From Acutalibacteraceae bacterium (GTDB lineage: Bacteria > Bacillota > Clostridia > Oscillospirales > Acutalibacteraceae), in NCBI GenBank assembly GCA_045540055.1, contig JAZQGO010000025.1:10-64009 (forward strand): DNA of 64,000 nt, written 5' to 3'. A program made the position numbers and the translations under genes. Within the stretch, counting starts at the first letter, position 1. Every line of letters begins with the position of its first letter. Below are positions 46,900 to 58,213 of this stretch, in pieces. The notes below the pieces were generated by a model that made no database searches, was not told where the DNA came from, and saw only the letters and a list, made by a program, of their open reading frames with translations.

Positions 46900-47495
46900 T
46901 GAAGGCTAAAATTGCTGTTTTGGTTTCGGGTGGTGGAACAAATTTGCAGGCTTTAATTGATGCACAAAAAAGCGGCGTTATTAAAAGCGGCGAAATTACG
47001 CTTGTTATTTCCAATAAGCCCGACGCCTATGCACTTACCCGTGCACAAAACGCCGATATCAAAACCCTGGTTATAGAAAAAAAAGAGCCCGAAAAATTTG
47101 AGAACGATATTATAAGCGCTCTCGAAGAAAATAAAATCGACCTTATCGTTTTGGCGGGCTTTATGTGTATTTTAAGCGAGAAATTCACCTCTCGTTTTGC
47201 CGAGCGTATACTTAACGTGCATCCGTCACTCATCCCATCGTTTTGCGGTGAAGGCTTTTACGGACTGCATGTACATAAAGCCGCTCTGGAGTATGGCGTT
47301 AAGGTTACGGGCGCTACCGTTCATTTTGTTAATGAAATCCCCGACGGCGGTAAGATAATTCTTCAAAAGGCGGTAGAAATTCTCGAAGGTGATACACCCG
47401 AGATTTTACAAAAGCGTGTTATGGAACAGGCAGAATGGAAAATTTTACCCGAGGCTACCGAAATGGTAGCAAAAGAAATTTGTAAGGAATGGTGA
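46896..47495 (+). CDS. purN: Phosphoribosylglycinamide formyltransferase
   Basis: 199 aa with VLVSGGGTNLQA, NVHPSLIP. Confidence 0.9.
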   Translation: MMKAKIAVLVSGGGTNLQALIDAQKSGVIKSGEITLVISNKPDAYALTRAQNADIKTLVIEKKEPEKFENDIISALEENKIDLIVLAGFMCILSEKFTSRFAERILNVHPSLIPSFCGEGFYGLHVHKAALEYGVKVTGATVHFVNEIPDGGKIILQKAVEILEGDTPEILQKRVMEQAEWKILPEATEMVAKEICKEW

Positions 47496-47500
47496 TAAAA

Positions 47501-48223
47501 ATGGCACTCTTTGATTTAAAAAAATTACTCATTGAAAACTCTTACCCCGGCAGAGGTATTGTTATTGGCAAATCAGCCGACGGTAAAAAGGCTATGATTG
47601 CTTATTTTATAATGGGCAGAAGCGTAAATAGCCGTAACCGTATATTCGAAAGATTTGAGGGCGGTATGCGCACTAAAGCTTTTGATGAAAGCAAGCTTTC
47701 CGACCCGCATCTTATTATTTACAACCCCTATTTAAGTGCAAAGGGCGGTAATATTGATATTATCACGAACGGCGACCAGACAAACACCATTTTCGACTGC
47801 TTGAATGAGGGTAATCATTTTGAGGATGCTATTGTTACCCGTGAATTTGAGGACGATGCACCCAACTTTACACCTCGTATTTCGGGTATTTGCTATTACA
47901 GTTTCCCAAGAAATGTATTTACATATAAGCTCGCAATCGCAAAGAGTGCAAACGGCAGACCTGAGGCCTGCAACCATTACTTCTTTAACTATATGCCCGA
48001 AAACGGCATTGGTCATTTCATTCATACCTATAAGTGTGACGGTAACCCAATACCCTCGTTCTACGGTGAGCCTGAGGAGGTAGAGCTCCCCAATACCGCC
48101 AAAGAGTTGGCCGACCTTGTATGGACAAATCTGAACGAGGACAATAAGGTTTCCCTCTTTGTTCGTGAAGTACCGCTTGACGGCAGTGAGGCTACCGAAA
48201 TTATAATTAACAAAAACAAATAG
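47501..48223 (+). CDS. purO: IMP cyclohydrolase, PurO-like (archaeal-type family)
   Basis: About 240 aa; YPGRGIVIG...AYFIMGRS..SRNR is characteristic of the PF07826-type IMP cyclohydrolase as I recall it. Located between purN and the AICARFT gene. Confidence 0.7.
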   Translation: MALFDLKKLLIENSYPGRGIVIGKSADGKKAMIAYFIMGRSVNSRNRIFERFEGGMRTKAFDESKLSDPHLIIYNPYLSAKGGNIDIITNGDQTNTIFDCLNEGNHFEDAIVTREFEDDAPNFTPRISGICYYSFPRNVFTYKLAIAKSANGRPEACNHYFFNYMPENGIGHFIHTYKCDGNPIPSFYGEPEEVELPNTAKELADLVWTNLNEDNKVSLFVREVPLDGSEATEIIINKNK

Positions 48224-48238
48224 TCGGAGGAAGTAAAA

Positions 48239-49423
48239 ATGAAGGAATTTGAACTTAAATACGGTTGTAACCCCAACCAAAAACCATCAAAAATTTATAT
48301 GCGCAACGGCAGTGAGTTGCCGATTGAGATTTTATGCGGCAGACCCGGTTACATAAACTTCCTTGATGCCTTTAACTCTTGGCAGCTTGTAAAGGAGCTG
48401 AAAGTAGCTTTAGGTTTGCCTGCAGTTACATCCTTTAAGCATGTAAGCCCTACCTCTGCGGCGGTTGGTATACCGCTTTCGGATAAGCTTAAAAAGGCAT
48501 GCTTTGTTGATGATATTGAGGGTCTTGACGCGTCTCCCCTCGCCTGTGCATACGCCCGCGCCCGCGGTACCGACCGTATGTGCTCATTTGGTGACTGGGT
48601 AGCACTTAGTGACGTTTGCGACGTTACAACCGCACTTCTTATTAAGCGCGAGGTTTCTGACGGTGTTATTGCGCCCGGTTATGAGCCCGAGGCACTTGAA
48701 ATTTTAAAGAGTAAGAGAAAGGGCAACTATAATATAGTTAAAATTGACCCCGACTACGTTCCCGAAGTTCAGGAAACCAAGCAGGTATTTGGTATCACCT
48801 TTGAACAGGGACGCAACAATTTCGAGATTAACAAAAAGTTGCTCGAGAATATTGTTACCGAAAATAAGGATATGCCCGAAAGTGCTATTAGAGATTTAAT
48901 TATTGCTCTTATCACACTTAAATATACACAGTCTAACTCGGTTTGCTATGCCGTTGACGGTCAGGCTATCGGTGTTGGCGCAGGTCAACAGTCGCGTATC
49001 CACTGCACACGTCTTGCAGGCACAAAGGCTGACACCTGGTTCTTACGTCAGCACGATAAGGTATTAAATCTGCCCTTTAAGGATACCCTTGGCAGACCCG
49101 ACCGCGACAACGTTATTGACGGTTATATAAATAAAAACGAAGAGGATGTATGTGCCGACGGTATCTGGCAGAACTACTTTACAACAAAGCCCGAGCCGCT
49201 TACCGACGAGGAAATTCGTGCATATCTTGCCACCATTGACGGCGTAGCACTTGGTTCTGATGCCTTCTTCCCCTTCAGTGACAATATTGAACGCGCTAAA
49301 AAAAGCGGTGTTAAATACATTGCAGAGCCCGGTGGTTCTATTCGTGATGATGCCGTAATTGAATGCTGTAACAAATACGGTATGGCTATGTCATTTACCG
49401 GTATGCGTTTATTCCACCACTAA
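48239..49423 (+). CDS. purH: AICAR formyltransferase, stand-alone (PurH C-terminal domain only)
   Basis: 394 aa; LKYGCNPNQ, GVGAGQQSRI, EPGGSIRD. No MGS-like IMP cyclohydrolase domain. Confidence 0.85.
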   Translation: MKEFELKYGCNPNQKPSKIYMRNGSELPIEILCGRPGYINFLDAFNSWQLVKELKVALGLPAVTSFKHVSPTSAAVGIPLSDKLKKACFVDDIEGLDASPLACAYARARGTDRMCSFGDWVALSDVCDVTTALLIKREVSDGVIAPGYEPEALEILKSKRKGNYNIVKIDPDYVPEVQETKQVFGITFEQGRNNFEINKKLLENIVTENKDMPESAIRDLIIALITLKYTQSNSVCYAVDGQAIGVGAGQQSRIHCTRLAGTKADTWFLRQHDKVLNLPFKDTLGRPDRDNVIDGYINKNEEDVCADGIWQNYFTTKPEPLTDEEIRAYLATIDGVALGSDAFFPFSDNIERAKKSGVKYIAEPGGSIRDDAVIECCNKYGMAMSFTGMRLFHH

Positions 49424-49441
49424 TATTGAAAGGTTGTTTAT

Positions 49442-50716
49442 ATGAAGGTCGCAGTTATAGGCAGTGGCGGCAGAGAGCACGCCATTGTTAAAAAACTAAA
49501 AGAAAGCTCTAAAATTGACGAATTGTTTGTTTTACCCGGTAATGGCGGTATCGCAACGGATGCTACCTGTGTGGCAATTCCCGTTACCGATATTGACGGT
49601 ATTACAGATTTTATTAAAACAAATGGTATCGATTTTGCCGTTGTTACACCTGACGACCCGTTGGTTGCGGGTATGGTTGATGCCATAAATGCAGTTGGTG
49701 TTTCCTGCTTTGGTCCCGACAAAAAGGCGGCAATTATTGAAGGCAGTAAGGTTTTCTCTAAGGACCTTATGAAGAAATACAATGTTCCTACCGCCGCTTA
49801 TGAAGTATTTACCGATATGGAGAAGGCACTCACTTATCTTGAGAGTGCGCCGATGCCCGCCGTTATTAAGGCTGATGGTTTAGCCCTTGGTAAAGGCGTT
49901 GTAATTGCCGAAAATAAGCAAGCGGCTAAGGATGCCGTTAAATCAATGATGGCAGATAAAATTTTCGGCGACTCAGGCAACCAGATTGTTATAGAGGAAT
50001 TTTTGACAGGCCCCGAGGTATCGGTGCTGGCATTTACTGACGGAAAAACTCTAGTACCTATGGTGTCTGCAATGGACCACAAGCGTGCGCTTGATAACGA
50101 CAAGGGTCTTAACACAGGCGGTATGGGTACGGTTGCACCTAACCCCTACTATACCGCTGACATTGCCGAAATTTGTATGGATACCATTTTTATGCCTACA
50201 ATTAAGGCTATGGCAAATGAGGGCAGAACCTTTAAGGGTTGTTTGTTCTTCGGTCTTATGATTACTCCGAACGGTCCTAAGGTAATTGAATATAACTGCC
50301 GTTTCGGTGACCCCGAAACTCAGGTTGTTTTACCGCTTCTTGAAAACGACCTTTTTGACATTATGGTTGCTTGTGCGAACGGTACATTGGACAAGACCGA
50401 GGTTAAATTCAAGAAGGACAGCGCTTGCTGTGTAATTATGGCATCAAACGGTTATCCGCAGAAATACGAAAGCGGCTTCCCCATCACAGTTGACAGTGAT
50501 ATTGATGCAACACTTTATTATGCAGGTGCAAAAATAAACGATGGTGTTATTGTTAGCGCAGGTGGTCGTGTTGTCGGTGTTACGGCAACGGCTGACACCT
50601 TACCTGAGGCAATAAACAAGGCTTATAAGGCTACCGAAAAGGTACATTTTGAAAACGCTTATAAGCGCACCGACATCGGAAAACGCGCCCTTGCGGCAAT
50701 TACTACGGAGGAATAA
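49442..50716 (+). CDS. purD: Phosphoribosylamine--glycine ligase
   Basis: 424 aa; MKVAVIGSGGREHA, ATP-grasp motifs. Confidence 0.95.
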   Translation: MKVAVIGSGGREHAIVKKLKESSKIDELFVLPGNGGIATDATCVAIPVTDIDGITDFIKTNGIDFAVVTPDDPLVAGMVDAINAVGVSCFGPDKKAAIIEGSKVFSKDLMKKYNVPTAAYEVFTDMEKALTYLESAPMPAVIKADGLALGKGVVIAENKQAAKDAVKSMMADKIFGDSGNQIVIEEFLTGPEVSVLAFTDGKTLVPMVSAMDHKRALDNDKGLNTGGMGTVAPNPYYTADIAEICMDTIFMPTIKAMANEGRTFKGCLFFGLMITPNGPKVIEYNCRFGDPETQVVLPLLENDLFDIMVACANGTLDKTEVKFKKDSACCVIMASNGYPQKYESGFPITVDSDIDATLYYAGAKINDGVIVSAGGRVVGVTATADTLPEAINKAYKATEKVHFENAYKRTDIGKRALAAITTEE

Positions 50717-50718
50717 TA

Positions 50719-53700
50719 ATGGTTTATCGTATTTTTGTTGAAAAAAAGAAGGGTCTTGACGGCGAGGCACGCTCACTCAAAAGCGACCTTACGTCCTTTT
50801 TAGGCATTAAGGGACTCGAAAGTGTACGTGTGCTTAACAGATACGATGTAGAAAATATTGATGCCGATTTATTTAATCAATGTATTTCTACCGTATTTTC
50901 TGAGCCGCAGCTTGATGACGTATACAATGATTTAACCTATACTGACGGTGCTTTTGTTTTCGCGGTTGAGTATTTGCCGGGTCAATTTGACCAGCGTGCC
51001 GATTCTGCAGCACAATGTGTGCAAATTATCTCACAAAAGGACCGCCCTGCAGTGCGCACCGCACGTGTATACATTTTAGAGGGCGCTCTTACCGACGCTG
51101 ATAAGGATGCTATAAAGAAGTATCTCATCAACCCTGTTGAAAGCCGTGAAGCTTCACTCAATACTGTCAATACCTTAAAGCAGGAGTTTGAGCTTCCCAC
51201 TACCGTTGCTACTCTTGACGGTTTTATTTCGCTTGACGAAAACGGCTTGGCTGATTTCTTAAAGGCTCAGGGACTTGCGATGGACCTTGACGACCTTAAA
51301 TTCTGTCAGAATTATTTTAAGAGTGAAGACCGTGACCCGACCATAACCGAAATTAAAATGATTGATACATATTGGTCGGACCACTGCCGTCACACCACCT
51401 TCTTAACAACTATTGATAGTGTTAAGTTTGAAGATAAATTACTCGAGAATGCATATCGCGAATATTTGGCGGCTCGCGAATTTATTGGCAGAACAAAGCC
51501 CATAAACCTTATGCATGTTGCTACTGTTGCCGTTAAATATTTACGCCAAAACGGTAAGCTTGATAAGCTTGACGAATCGGAAGAAATAAATGCTTGTACC
51601 GTTAAAATTAAGGTTAACGTTGAGGGCAAGGATGAGGATTGGTTGTTACTATTTAAAAACGAAACACACAACCACCCCACCGAGATTGAGCCCTTTGGCG
51701 GCGCCGCCACATGTATCGGCGGTGCAATACGCGACCCGCTTTCAGGTCGTTCATACGTTTATGCGGCAATGCGCGTAACGGGCGCCGGCAATCCCCTTAC
51801 AAGTATGGAGGATACAATGCACGGCAAGCTACCGCAGCGTAAAATTGTTACTACTGCGGCGGCAGGTTATAGCTCATACGGTAACCAAATAGGTCTTGCC
51901 ACAGGTCAGGTAGATGAAATTTACCACGACGGCTATACCGCTAAGCGTATGGAAATCGGTGCCGTTATTGCGGCGGCTCCGCAGGAGAACGTACGCCGCG
52001 AGGTACCCGAAGATGGCGATATTATAATTTTACTTGGCGGCAGAACAGGTCGTGACGGTTGCGGCGGCGCAACAGGTTCTTCTAAATCACACACCGTCGA
52101 GTCGCTCGAATCGTGCGGTGCCGAGGTACAAAAAGGTAACGCTCCCGAGGAACGCAAGCTTCAAAGACTCTTTAGAAACAAAGAGGCTACCATTTTAATT
52201 AAGCGTTGTAACGACTTTGGCGCAGGCGGTGTTTCGGTTGCTATCGGCGAGCTTGCCGACGGCATTAAGATTAACCTTAACGCCGTACCCAAGAAGTACG
52301 AGGGTCTTGACGGTACCGAGCTTGCAATTAGTGAATCACAAGAGCGTATGGCGGTTGTTGTTGAGGCTAAGGACGTTGATAAGTTTATTGCCCTTGCAAA
52401 TAAGGAAAATCTTGAAGCAACCGTTGTTGCCGAGGTGCAGGCCGAGCCACGCCTTGTTATGAATTGGAACGGCAAGGATATTGTTAATATATCCCGTGAA
52501 TTCTTAAATTCAAACGGTGCCGAAAAGCATATTGATATTACACCCGCAAAGTGTGAGAGCTTTGATAAAAAGGTTGCGGGTAGCTTTAGTGACAATTATA
52601 GGGCACTGGCAACCGACCTTAACGTTTGCTCAAAGCGCGGTCTTAGCGAGCGTTTTGACTCGACAATCGGTACAGGTACCGTACTTATGCCATTTGGCGG
52701 TAAAAATCAGGCAACACCTATTCAGGCAATGGTAAATAAGGTATCTGTAGAAAATCGTCACACCGACACCTGCTCACTTATGGCTTGGGGCTACAACCCC
52801 TTTATCTTTGAAAAGAGCCCCTATCACGGTGCATATCTCGCAGTTGTTGAATCGGTAAGTAAGTTAATTGCGGCGGGCGCAGATTTTAGCGACGTTTACC
52901 TTACCTTCCAGGAATATTTTGAGCGTCCCGGTAAGGACGGCAAGCGTTGGGGCAAACCCCTCGCGGCACTTCTTGGTGCATTTATGGCACAGAAGGATTT
53001 GCAAATCGGTGCTATCGGTGGTAAGGATTCAATGAGCGGTAGCTTCGAGAACATCGATGTTCCCCCTACCCTTGTATCATTTGCCGTAACAACCGAGAAA
53101 AATGATAATATTGTTTCTCCCGAATTTAAGGGTGCGGGTCATAAGGTAGTATTACTCACCTGTGAGTATGATGAAAACGGTTTACCGAAGCGTGATAGCT
53201 TAATCGCCCTTTACGATACGGTACACAAGCTTGTTACCGATAAAAAGGCACTCGCCGTTTACACCCCCACCTATGGCGGTATTGCCGAGGCTATTATGAA
53301 GATGGGCTTTGGTAATGATATTGGTTTTGATTATAAGGATATCACCACCGAGGAGATTTTTGGTTACAATTACGGTGCATTTATTATAGAGCTTGCAGAC
53401 GAAACCGAAATTGGTCGCACAATCGGTTACACAACCGATAAAGCGCAAATAACATACGGCAACGAAAAGCTCGATTTAAGCGAAATTTACGAACTTTATG
53501 AAAATGTTCTAGAGAGTGTATACCCCTGCAATATTAAACAGGAGCAAAAGGCTATCGAAACTGTTTCGTATACTTACGAAAATCGCGTTAAGCCGCGCTT
53601 TAGCGCACCTAGGCCTAAGGTGCTTATCCCCGTATTCCCAGGCACTAACTGTGAATTCGATACCTCTAAGGTGCTCATTGATGCAGGTGCCGAGCCTGAA

Positions 53701-54408
53701 ATATTTGTTATCAACAACTTAAGCTCAGCTTCGGTTGCAGAATCGGTTAAGGTGTTTACCGAAAAATTAAAGCAATCACAAATCGTCTTTATCCCCGGTG
53801 GTTTCTCGGGTGGTGACGAGCCTGACGGCTCGGGTAAATTTATTACCGCTTTCTTCAGAAATGCGGCAATTAAGAACGAGGTTGAGGAGTTGCTTAACAA
53901 CCGCGACGGTCTTATGTGCGGTATTTGTAACGGCTTCCAGGCACTTGTTAAGCTTGGTCTTGTGCCCTTTGGTAAGATTATCGATACCGACGCCTCCTGC
54001 CCGACACTCACCTACAACACAATTGGTCGACATCAGTCACGTCTTGTTCGCACACGTATTGCTTCGAACAAGTCCCCCTGGCTTATGGAAACACAGGTTG
54101 GTGATATTTATACTGTACCGATTTCACACGGTGAGGGACGCTTTATTGTGAGCGACGAGTTAGCTAAAGAGCTTATTAAAAATGGTCAAATTGCAACACA
54201 GTATGTAGACCTTGACGGCACTCCGACATCTGACATTCGCTATAACCCCAATAATTCTACACTTGCTATTGAGGGTATCACAAGTCTTGACGGCAGAGTA
54301 TTTGGTAAAATGGGACACAGCGAGCGTATTGATAACGGACTTTATAAGAACGTTGACGGTAAATACGATATGGGTATGTTCCGTAGTGCAGTTAAATACT
54401 TTAAATAA
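50719..54408 (+). CDS. purL: Phosphoribosylformylglycinamidine synthase, single-chain (fused PurS/L/Q type)
   Basis: 1229 aa with NHPTEIEPFGGAAT and a C-terminal triad glutaminase (GICNGFQAL, HGEGRF). Confidence 0.9.
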   Translation: MVYRIFVEKKKGLDGEARSLKSDLTSFLGIKGLESVRVLNRYDVENIDADLFNQCISTVFSEPQLDDVYNDLTYTDGAFVFAVEYLPGQFDQRADSAAQCVQIISQKDRPAVRTARVYILEGALTDADKDAIKKYLINPVESREASLNTVNTLKQEFELPTTVATLDGFISLDENGLADFLKAQGLAMDLDDLKFCQNYFKSEDRDPTITEIKMIDTYWSDHCRHTTFLTTIDSVKFEDKLLENAYREYLAAREFIGRTKPINLMHVATVAVKYLRQNGKLDKLDESEEINACTVKIKVNVEGKDEDWLLLFKNETHNHPTEIEPFGGAATCIGGAIRDPLSGRSYVYAAMRVTGAGNPLTSMEDTMHGKLPQRKIVTTAAAGYSSYGNQIGLATGQVDEIYHDGYTAKRMEIGAVIAAAPQENVRREVPEDGDIIILLGGRTGRDGCGGATGSSKSHTVESLESCGAEVQKGNAPEERKLQRLFRNKEATILIKRCNDFGAGGVSVAIGELADGIKINLNAVPKKYEGLDGTELAISESQERMAVVVEAKDVDKFIALANKENLEATVVAEVQAEPRLVMNWNGKDIVNISREFLNSNGAEKHIDITPAKCESFDKKVAGSFSDNYRALATDLNVCSKRGLSERFDSTIGTGTVLMPFGGKNQATPIQAMVNKVSVENRHTDTCSLMAWGYNPFIFEKSPYHGAYLAVVESVSKLIAAGADFSDVYLTFQEYFERPGKDGKRWGKPLAALLGAFMAQKDLQIGAIGGKDSMSGSFENIDVPPTLVSFAVTTEKNDNIVSPEFKGAGHKVVLLTCEYDENGLPKRDSLIALYDTVHKLVTDKKALAVYTPTYGGIAEAIMKMGFGNDIGFDYKDITTEEIFGYNYGAFIIELADETEIGRTIGYTTDKAQITYGNEKLDLSEIYELYENVLESVYPCNIKQEQKAIETVSYTYENRVKPRFSAPRPKVLIPVFPGTNCEFDTSKVLIDAGAEPEIFVINNLSSASVAESVKVFTEKLKQSQIVFIPGGFSGGDEPDGSGKFITAFFRNAAIKNEVEELLNNRDGLMCGICNGFQALVKLGLVPFGKIIDTDASCPTLTYNTIGRHQSRLVRTRIASNKSPWLMETQVGDIYTVPISHGEGRFIVSDELAKELIKNGQIATQYVDLDGTPTSDIRYNPNNSTLAIEGITSLDGRVFGKMGHSERIDNGLYKNVDGKYDMGMFRSAVKYFK

Positions 54409-54420
54409 TATTTCGGTATA

Positions 54421-54455
54421 AAAAAACGTCTAAGTCGGATGACTTAGACGTTTTT
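54421..54455. terminator. Bidirectional terminator between purL and serA
   Basis: aaaaaacgtctaagtc ggat gacttagacgttttt. Confidence 0.75.
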
Positions 54456-54469
54456 AATTATGTTTAGAT

Positions 54470-55633
54470 TTAAATAATACGTACACGAATTACGCCGTCA
54501 ATAGCCTCAATTTTTCCTTGAATTGCATCATAATCAGCATTGTCTATATCGAGCATTGTGTAAGCATAATCACCGCGTGACTTGTTTAGAAGGTTTTCAA
54601 TGTTTATGTCGTTTTCGGCAACCGCAGAAGTAATGGCAGTGAGCATATTGGGAATATTTTTGTGGATTATACAAATACGCTTCTCACCACTTCTGGGCAT
54701 TGAAATTGCAGGCATATTAACCGAATTTTCAATGTTACCGTTTTCAATGTAATCAACCAATTCCTTGGCTGCCATCGTTGCACAGTTGTCCTCTGACTCG
54801 GGTGTTGAAGCACCAAGGTGAGGAATTGCAATTACGCCGTTGATACCAAGCATCTCATCGGTCGGGAAGTCTACAACGTATGTAGCAACCTTGCCGCTTT
54901 CAAGAGCAATAATCATATCGGCAGAATTAACCAAATCGGCACGTGCAAAGTTAAGAATTCTAACCTCATCCTTCATCTGCTTAATAGCGTCAGCATTGAT
55001 GAAGCCCTTTGTATCGGGTGTTAGCGGAACGTGAATTGAAATGTAGTCACAGTTCTCGTATATTTCTTTTAAATCGTTTGCGCGGTGTGCATAGTGGGTA
55101 AGATTCCAAGCTGATTTAAGCGACAAATAGGGGTCATAACCGTAAACCTGCATACCGAGTGAATTTGCTGCATTAGCAACCAAAACACCAATAGCACCAA
55201 GACCGATAACACCGAGCTTTTTGCCTCTGATTTCGGGACCTACGAATGCACCCTTTCCCTTTTCAACCATCTTACCAACGTCGTCGCCGTTGCCCTTTAA
55301 GGTTTTAGCCCACTCAATAGCAGGGATAACACGACGTGACGAAAGCAACAGACCTGCTAAAACAAGCTCTTTAACGGCGTTTGCATTAGCACCGGGGGTA
55401 TTAAATACAACAATACCGTCAGCCGCGCATTTTTCACACGGAATATTGTTAGTACCTGCACCCGCACGTGCGATAGCAAGTAAAGACTCGGGGAATTCAA
55501 CGTCGTGCAAAGCCGCAGAACGTACTACTGCACCAATAGGATTTTCAACGTCCTCGCCTACTGTGTATTTAGCGGCATCGAATTCCACTAAACCTGATTT
55601 AGAAATTTTATTATAAGTTTTAATGTTATACAT
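54470..55633 (-). CDS. serA: D-3-phosphoglycerate dehydrogenase (with a C-terminal ACT-like domain)
   Basis: 387 aa 2-hydroxyacid dehydrogenase (GVIGLGAIG). Downstream of and adjacent to serC. Confidence 0.8.
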   Translation of the reverse strand: MYNIKTYNKISKSGLVEFDAAKYTVGEDVENPIGAVVRSAALHDVEFPESLLAIARAGAGTNNIPCEKCAADGIVVFNTPGANANAVKELVLAGLLLSSRRVIPAIEWAKTLKGNGDDVGKMVEKGKGAFVGPEIRGKKLGVIGLGAIGVLVANAANSLGMQVYGYDPYLSLKSAWNLTHYAHRANDLKEIYENCDYISIHVPLTPDTKGFINADAIKQMKDEVRILNFARADLVNSADMIIALESGKVATYVVDFPTDEMLGINGVIAIPHLGASTPESEDNCATMAAKELVDYIENGNIENSVNMPAISMPRSGEKRICIIHKNIPNMLTAITSAVAENDINIENLLNKSRGDYAYTMLDIDNADYDAIQGKIEAIDGVIRVRII

Positions 55634-55638
55634 AGCCT

Positions 55639-56721
55639 TTATGCGTTCTCCTTTTCAAAATTAGCCATAAACTCAACAAGCTTTTCTACGCCTTCGACGG
55701 GCATTGCATTGTAGATGGAAGCTCTCATACCGCCAACAGAACGGTGACCCTTAAGGTTAACAAAGCCTGCCTCTTTAGCCTCTTTTACAAACTTAGCATC
55801 CAACTCGTCGTTGCCGGTAATAAAGGGTACGTTCATTAAAGAACGGTCCTCCGCAACAACTGTGCCCTTAAATAACTTGCTGTTATCAAGGAAATCATAA
55901 AGAATAGCAGCTTTTTTACGGTTAATTTCTGCCATCTTTTCAAGACCGCCGAGTTTCTTTATCCATTTAAGCACCAAGCCTGCAACATAAATAGTGTAGC
56001 AAGGCGGTGTGTTGAACATTGACTCGTTTTCAGCGTGTGTAACATAGTTGAGCATTGTAGGTGTAATATCCATAGCACTGCCAAGTAAATCTTTGCGAAC
56101 AATAACGATGGTAACACCTGCGGGTGCTAAGTTCTTTTGTGCGCCCGCATAGAGCATGCCAAATTTACTTACGTCAATCGGCTCAGATAAAATACAGGAT
56201 GAAATATCGGCAATAAGCGGTACATCACCTGTATCGGGGATGTTATTCCACTTGGTACCGTAAATTGTGTTGTTCATGCAAATATGTACATAATCAGCAT
56301 CACTGTCGAAATCGGCCTTCTCAACCTTCGGAATATATGAATATGTCCTATCAGCAGAAGAAGCAACTGCTCTTGCTTTACCATAGCGTGCAGCCTCTTT
56401 ATATGCCTTGTTAGCCCACTGACCTGTGATAACGTAGTCAGCCTTACCGTTCTTTGTCATAAGATTAAGGGGTACCATTGCAAACTGTGTTGAAGCACCA
56501 CCCTGTAAGAAAAGAACCTCATAAGTTTCTGGGATATTCATAATCTCTCTAAGGTCTGCCTCTGCCTGTTTGATGATTGCATCATATTCTTTTGAACGGT
56601 GTGACATCTCCATAACCGATTGACCGCTACCGCCGTAATCTAACATCTCGTTTGCTGCAGTCTCAAGCACCTCTTGCGGTAACATTGAAGGACCTGCACT
56701 AAAATTATAAACTCTTGCCAT
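55639..56721 (-). CDS. serC: Phosphoserine aminotransferase
   Basis: Start at MARVYNFSAGPSMLP. The GAQKN PLP-lysine motif is present. Confidence 0.9.
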   Translation of the reverse strand: MARVYNFSAGPSMLPQEVLETAANEMLDYGGSGQSVMEMSHRSKEYDAIIKQAEADLREIMNIPETYEVLFLQGGASTQFAMVPLNLMTKNGKADYVITGQWANKAYKEAARYGKARAVASSADRTYSYIPKVEKADFDSDADYVHICMNNTIYGTKWNNIPDTGDVPLIADISSCILSEPIDVSKFGMLYAGAQKNLAPAGVTIVIVRKDLLGSAMDITPTMLNYVTHAENESMFNTPPCYTIYVAGLVLKWIKKLGGLEKMAEINRKKAAILYDFLDNSKLFKGTVVAEDRSLMNVPFITGNDELDAKFVKEAKEAGFVNLKGHRSVGGMRASIYNAMPVEGVEKLVEFMANFEKENA

Positions 56722-56914
56722 ATATATAACCTCCAAAAAATAGTAGATGAACGTATTATATATCTTTTTTTAATATATGTCAATAGTATTGTTAATATTT
56801 TAACGGTGTTTTTGCAAGCCTGAGAAAATTTTGTGAAATCTTTGTTAAAGTTTTAACTATGTGTGTAAAAAATTAAGCAGCAAGGTTTCCCCTGCTGCTT
56901 AAAATAAAATTTAA

Positions 56915-58114
56915 TTATTCGTTGATAGCGGTAACAACGCCCGAACCAACTGTACGGCCACCTTCACGGATAGCGAAGCGGAGACCCTCTTCAATAGCGA
57001 TAGGAGTGATGAGTTCAACATCCATAACTACGTTATCGCCAGGCATGCACATCTCTGTGCCTGCAGGAAGAGTGATAACGCCGGTAACGTCGGTAGTTCT
57101 GAAGTAGAACTGAGGACGATAGTTATTGAAGAAAGGAGTATGACGACCGCCTTCATCCTTGTTCAATACGTAAACCTGACCACTGAACTTGGTGTGAGGA
57201 TTGATTGAGCCGGGCTTACAGAGAACCTGACCACGCTCAATTTCTGTACGCTGGATACCACGGAGAAGTGCACCGATGTTATCGCCAGCCTCAGCATAGT
57301 CAAGAATCTTACGGAACATTTCGATACCTGTAACAACAGTCTTCTTGGTTTCAGCAGCGATACCAACAATTTCAACTTCCTCAGAAGTTCTGAGCTGTCC
57401 ACGCTCAACACGACCGGTAGCAACAGTACCACGACCTGTGATGGTGAAAACGTCCTCAACAGGCATAAGGAAAGGAAGGTCTGCCTTACGGTCAGGAGTA
57501 GGAATGTAGCTGTCAACAGCGTCCATTAACTCGCCGATAGGAGCATAAGCAGCGTCTGAGGGGTCGTTGGGAGCTTCGAGAGCCTTAAGAGCAGAACCCT
57601 TGATGATAGGAGTATCATCGCCCGGGAATTCGTACTCGTCAAGAGTCTCACGAATTTCCATCTCAACGAGCTCGAGGAGCTCTTCGTCATCAACCTGGTC
57701 AACCTTATTCATAAATACTACGATGTAAGGAACGCCAACCTGACGAGCGAGGAGAAGGTGTTCTTTAGTCTGAGCCATAGGACCGTCAGTAGAAGCGATA
57801 ACGAGGATAGCACCATCCATCTGAGCAGCACCGGTAATCATGTTCTTAACATAGTCAGCGTGTCCGGGGCAGTCAACGTGTGCATAGTGACGTGCATCTG
57901 TTTCATACTCAACGTGTGCGGTATTGATTGTAATACCACGCTCTCTCTCTTCCGGAGCCTTATCGATGTTTGCATAGTCTTCAAACTGTGCCTGTCCCTT
58001 TAAAGAAAGGTACTTAGTGATAGCTGCGGTAAGAGTAGTTTTACCATGGTCAACGTGACCGATGGTACCAATGTTTACGTGGGGCTTAGTACGTTCAAAT
58101 TTAGCCTTTGCCAT
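56915..58114 (-). CDS. tuf: Elongation factor Tu
   Basis: 399 aa; [27 protein letters not shown]. Confidence 0.98.
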   Translation of the reverse strand: MAKAKFERTKPHVNIGTIGHVDHGKTTLTAAITKYLSLKGQAQFEDYANIDKAPEERERGITINTAHVEYETDARHYAHVDCPGHADYVKNMITGAAQMDGAILVIASTDGPMAQTKEHLLLARQVGVPYIVVFMNKVDQVDDEELLELVEMEIRETLDEYEFPGDDTPIIKGSALKALEAPNDPSDAAYAPIGELMDAVDSYIPTPDRKADLPFLMPVEDVFTITGRGTVATGRVERGQLRTSEEVEIVGIAAETKKTVVTGIEMFRKILDYAEAGDNIGALLRGIQRTEIERGQVLCKPGSINPHTKFSGQVYVLNKDEGGRHTPFFNNYRPQFYFRTTDVTGVITLPAGTEMCMPGDNVVMDVELITPIAIEEGLRFAIREGGRTVGSGVVTAINE

Positions 58115-58213
58115 TGTGAATTTCCTCCTAAAAAATTATTTTTTAAAGAAATAAATTTCTAAAATATAGTTTACCAAATTTTGCGCTTAATTTCAAGCAT
58201 TATTTAAAAAAGA

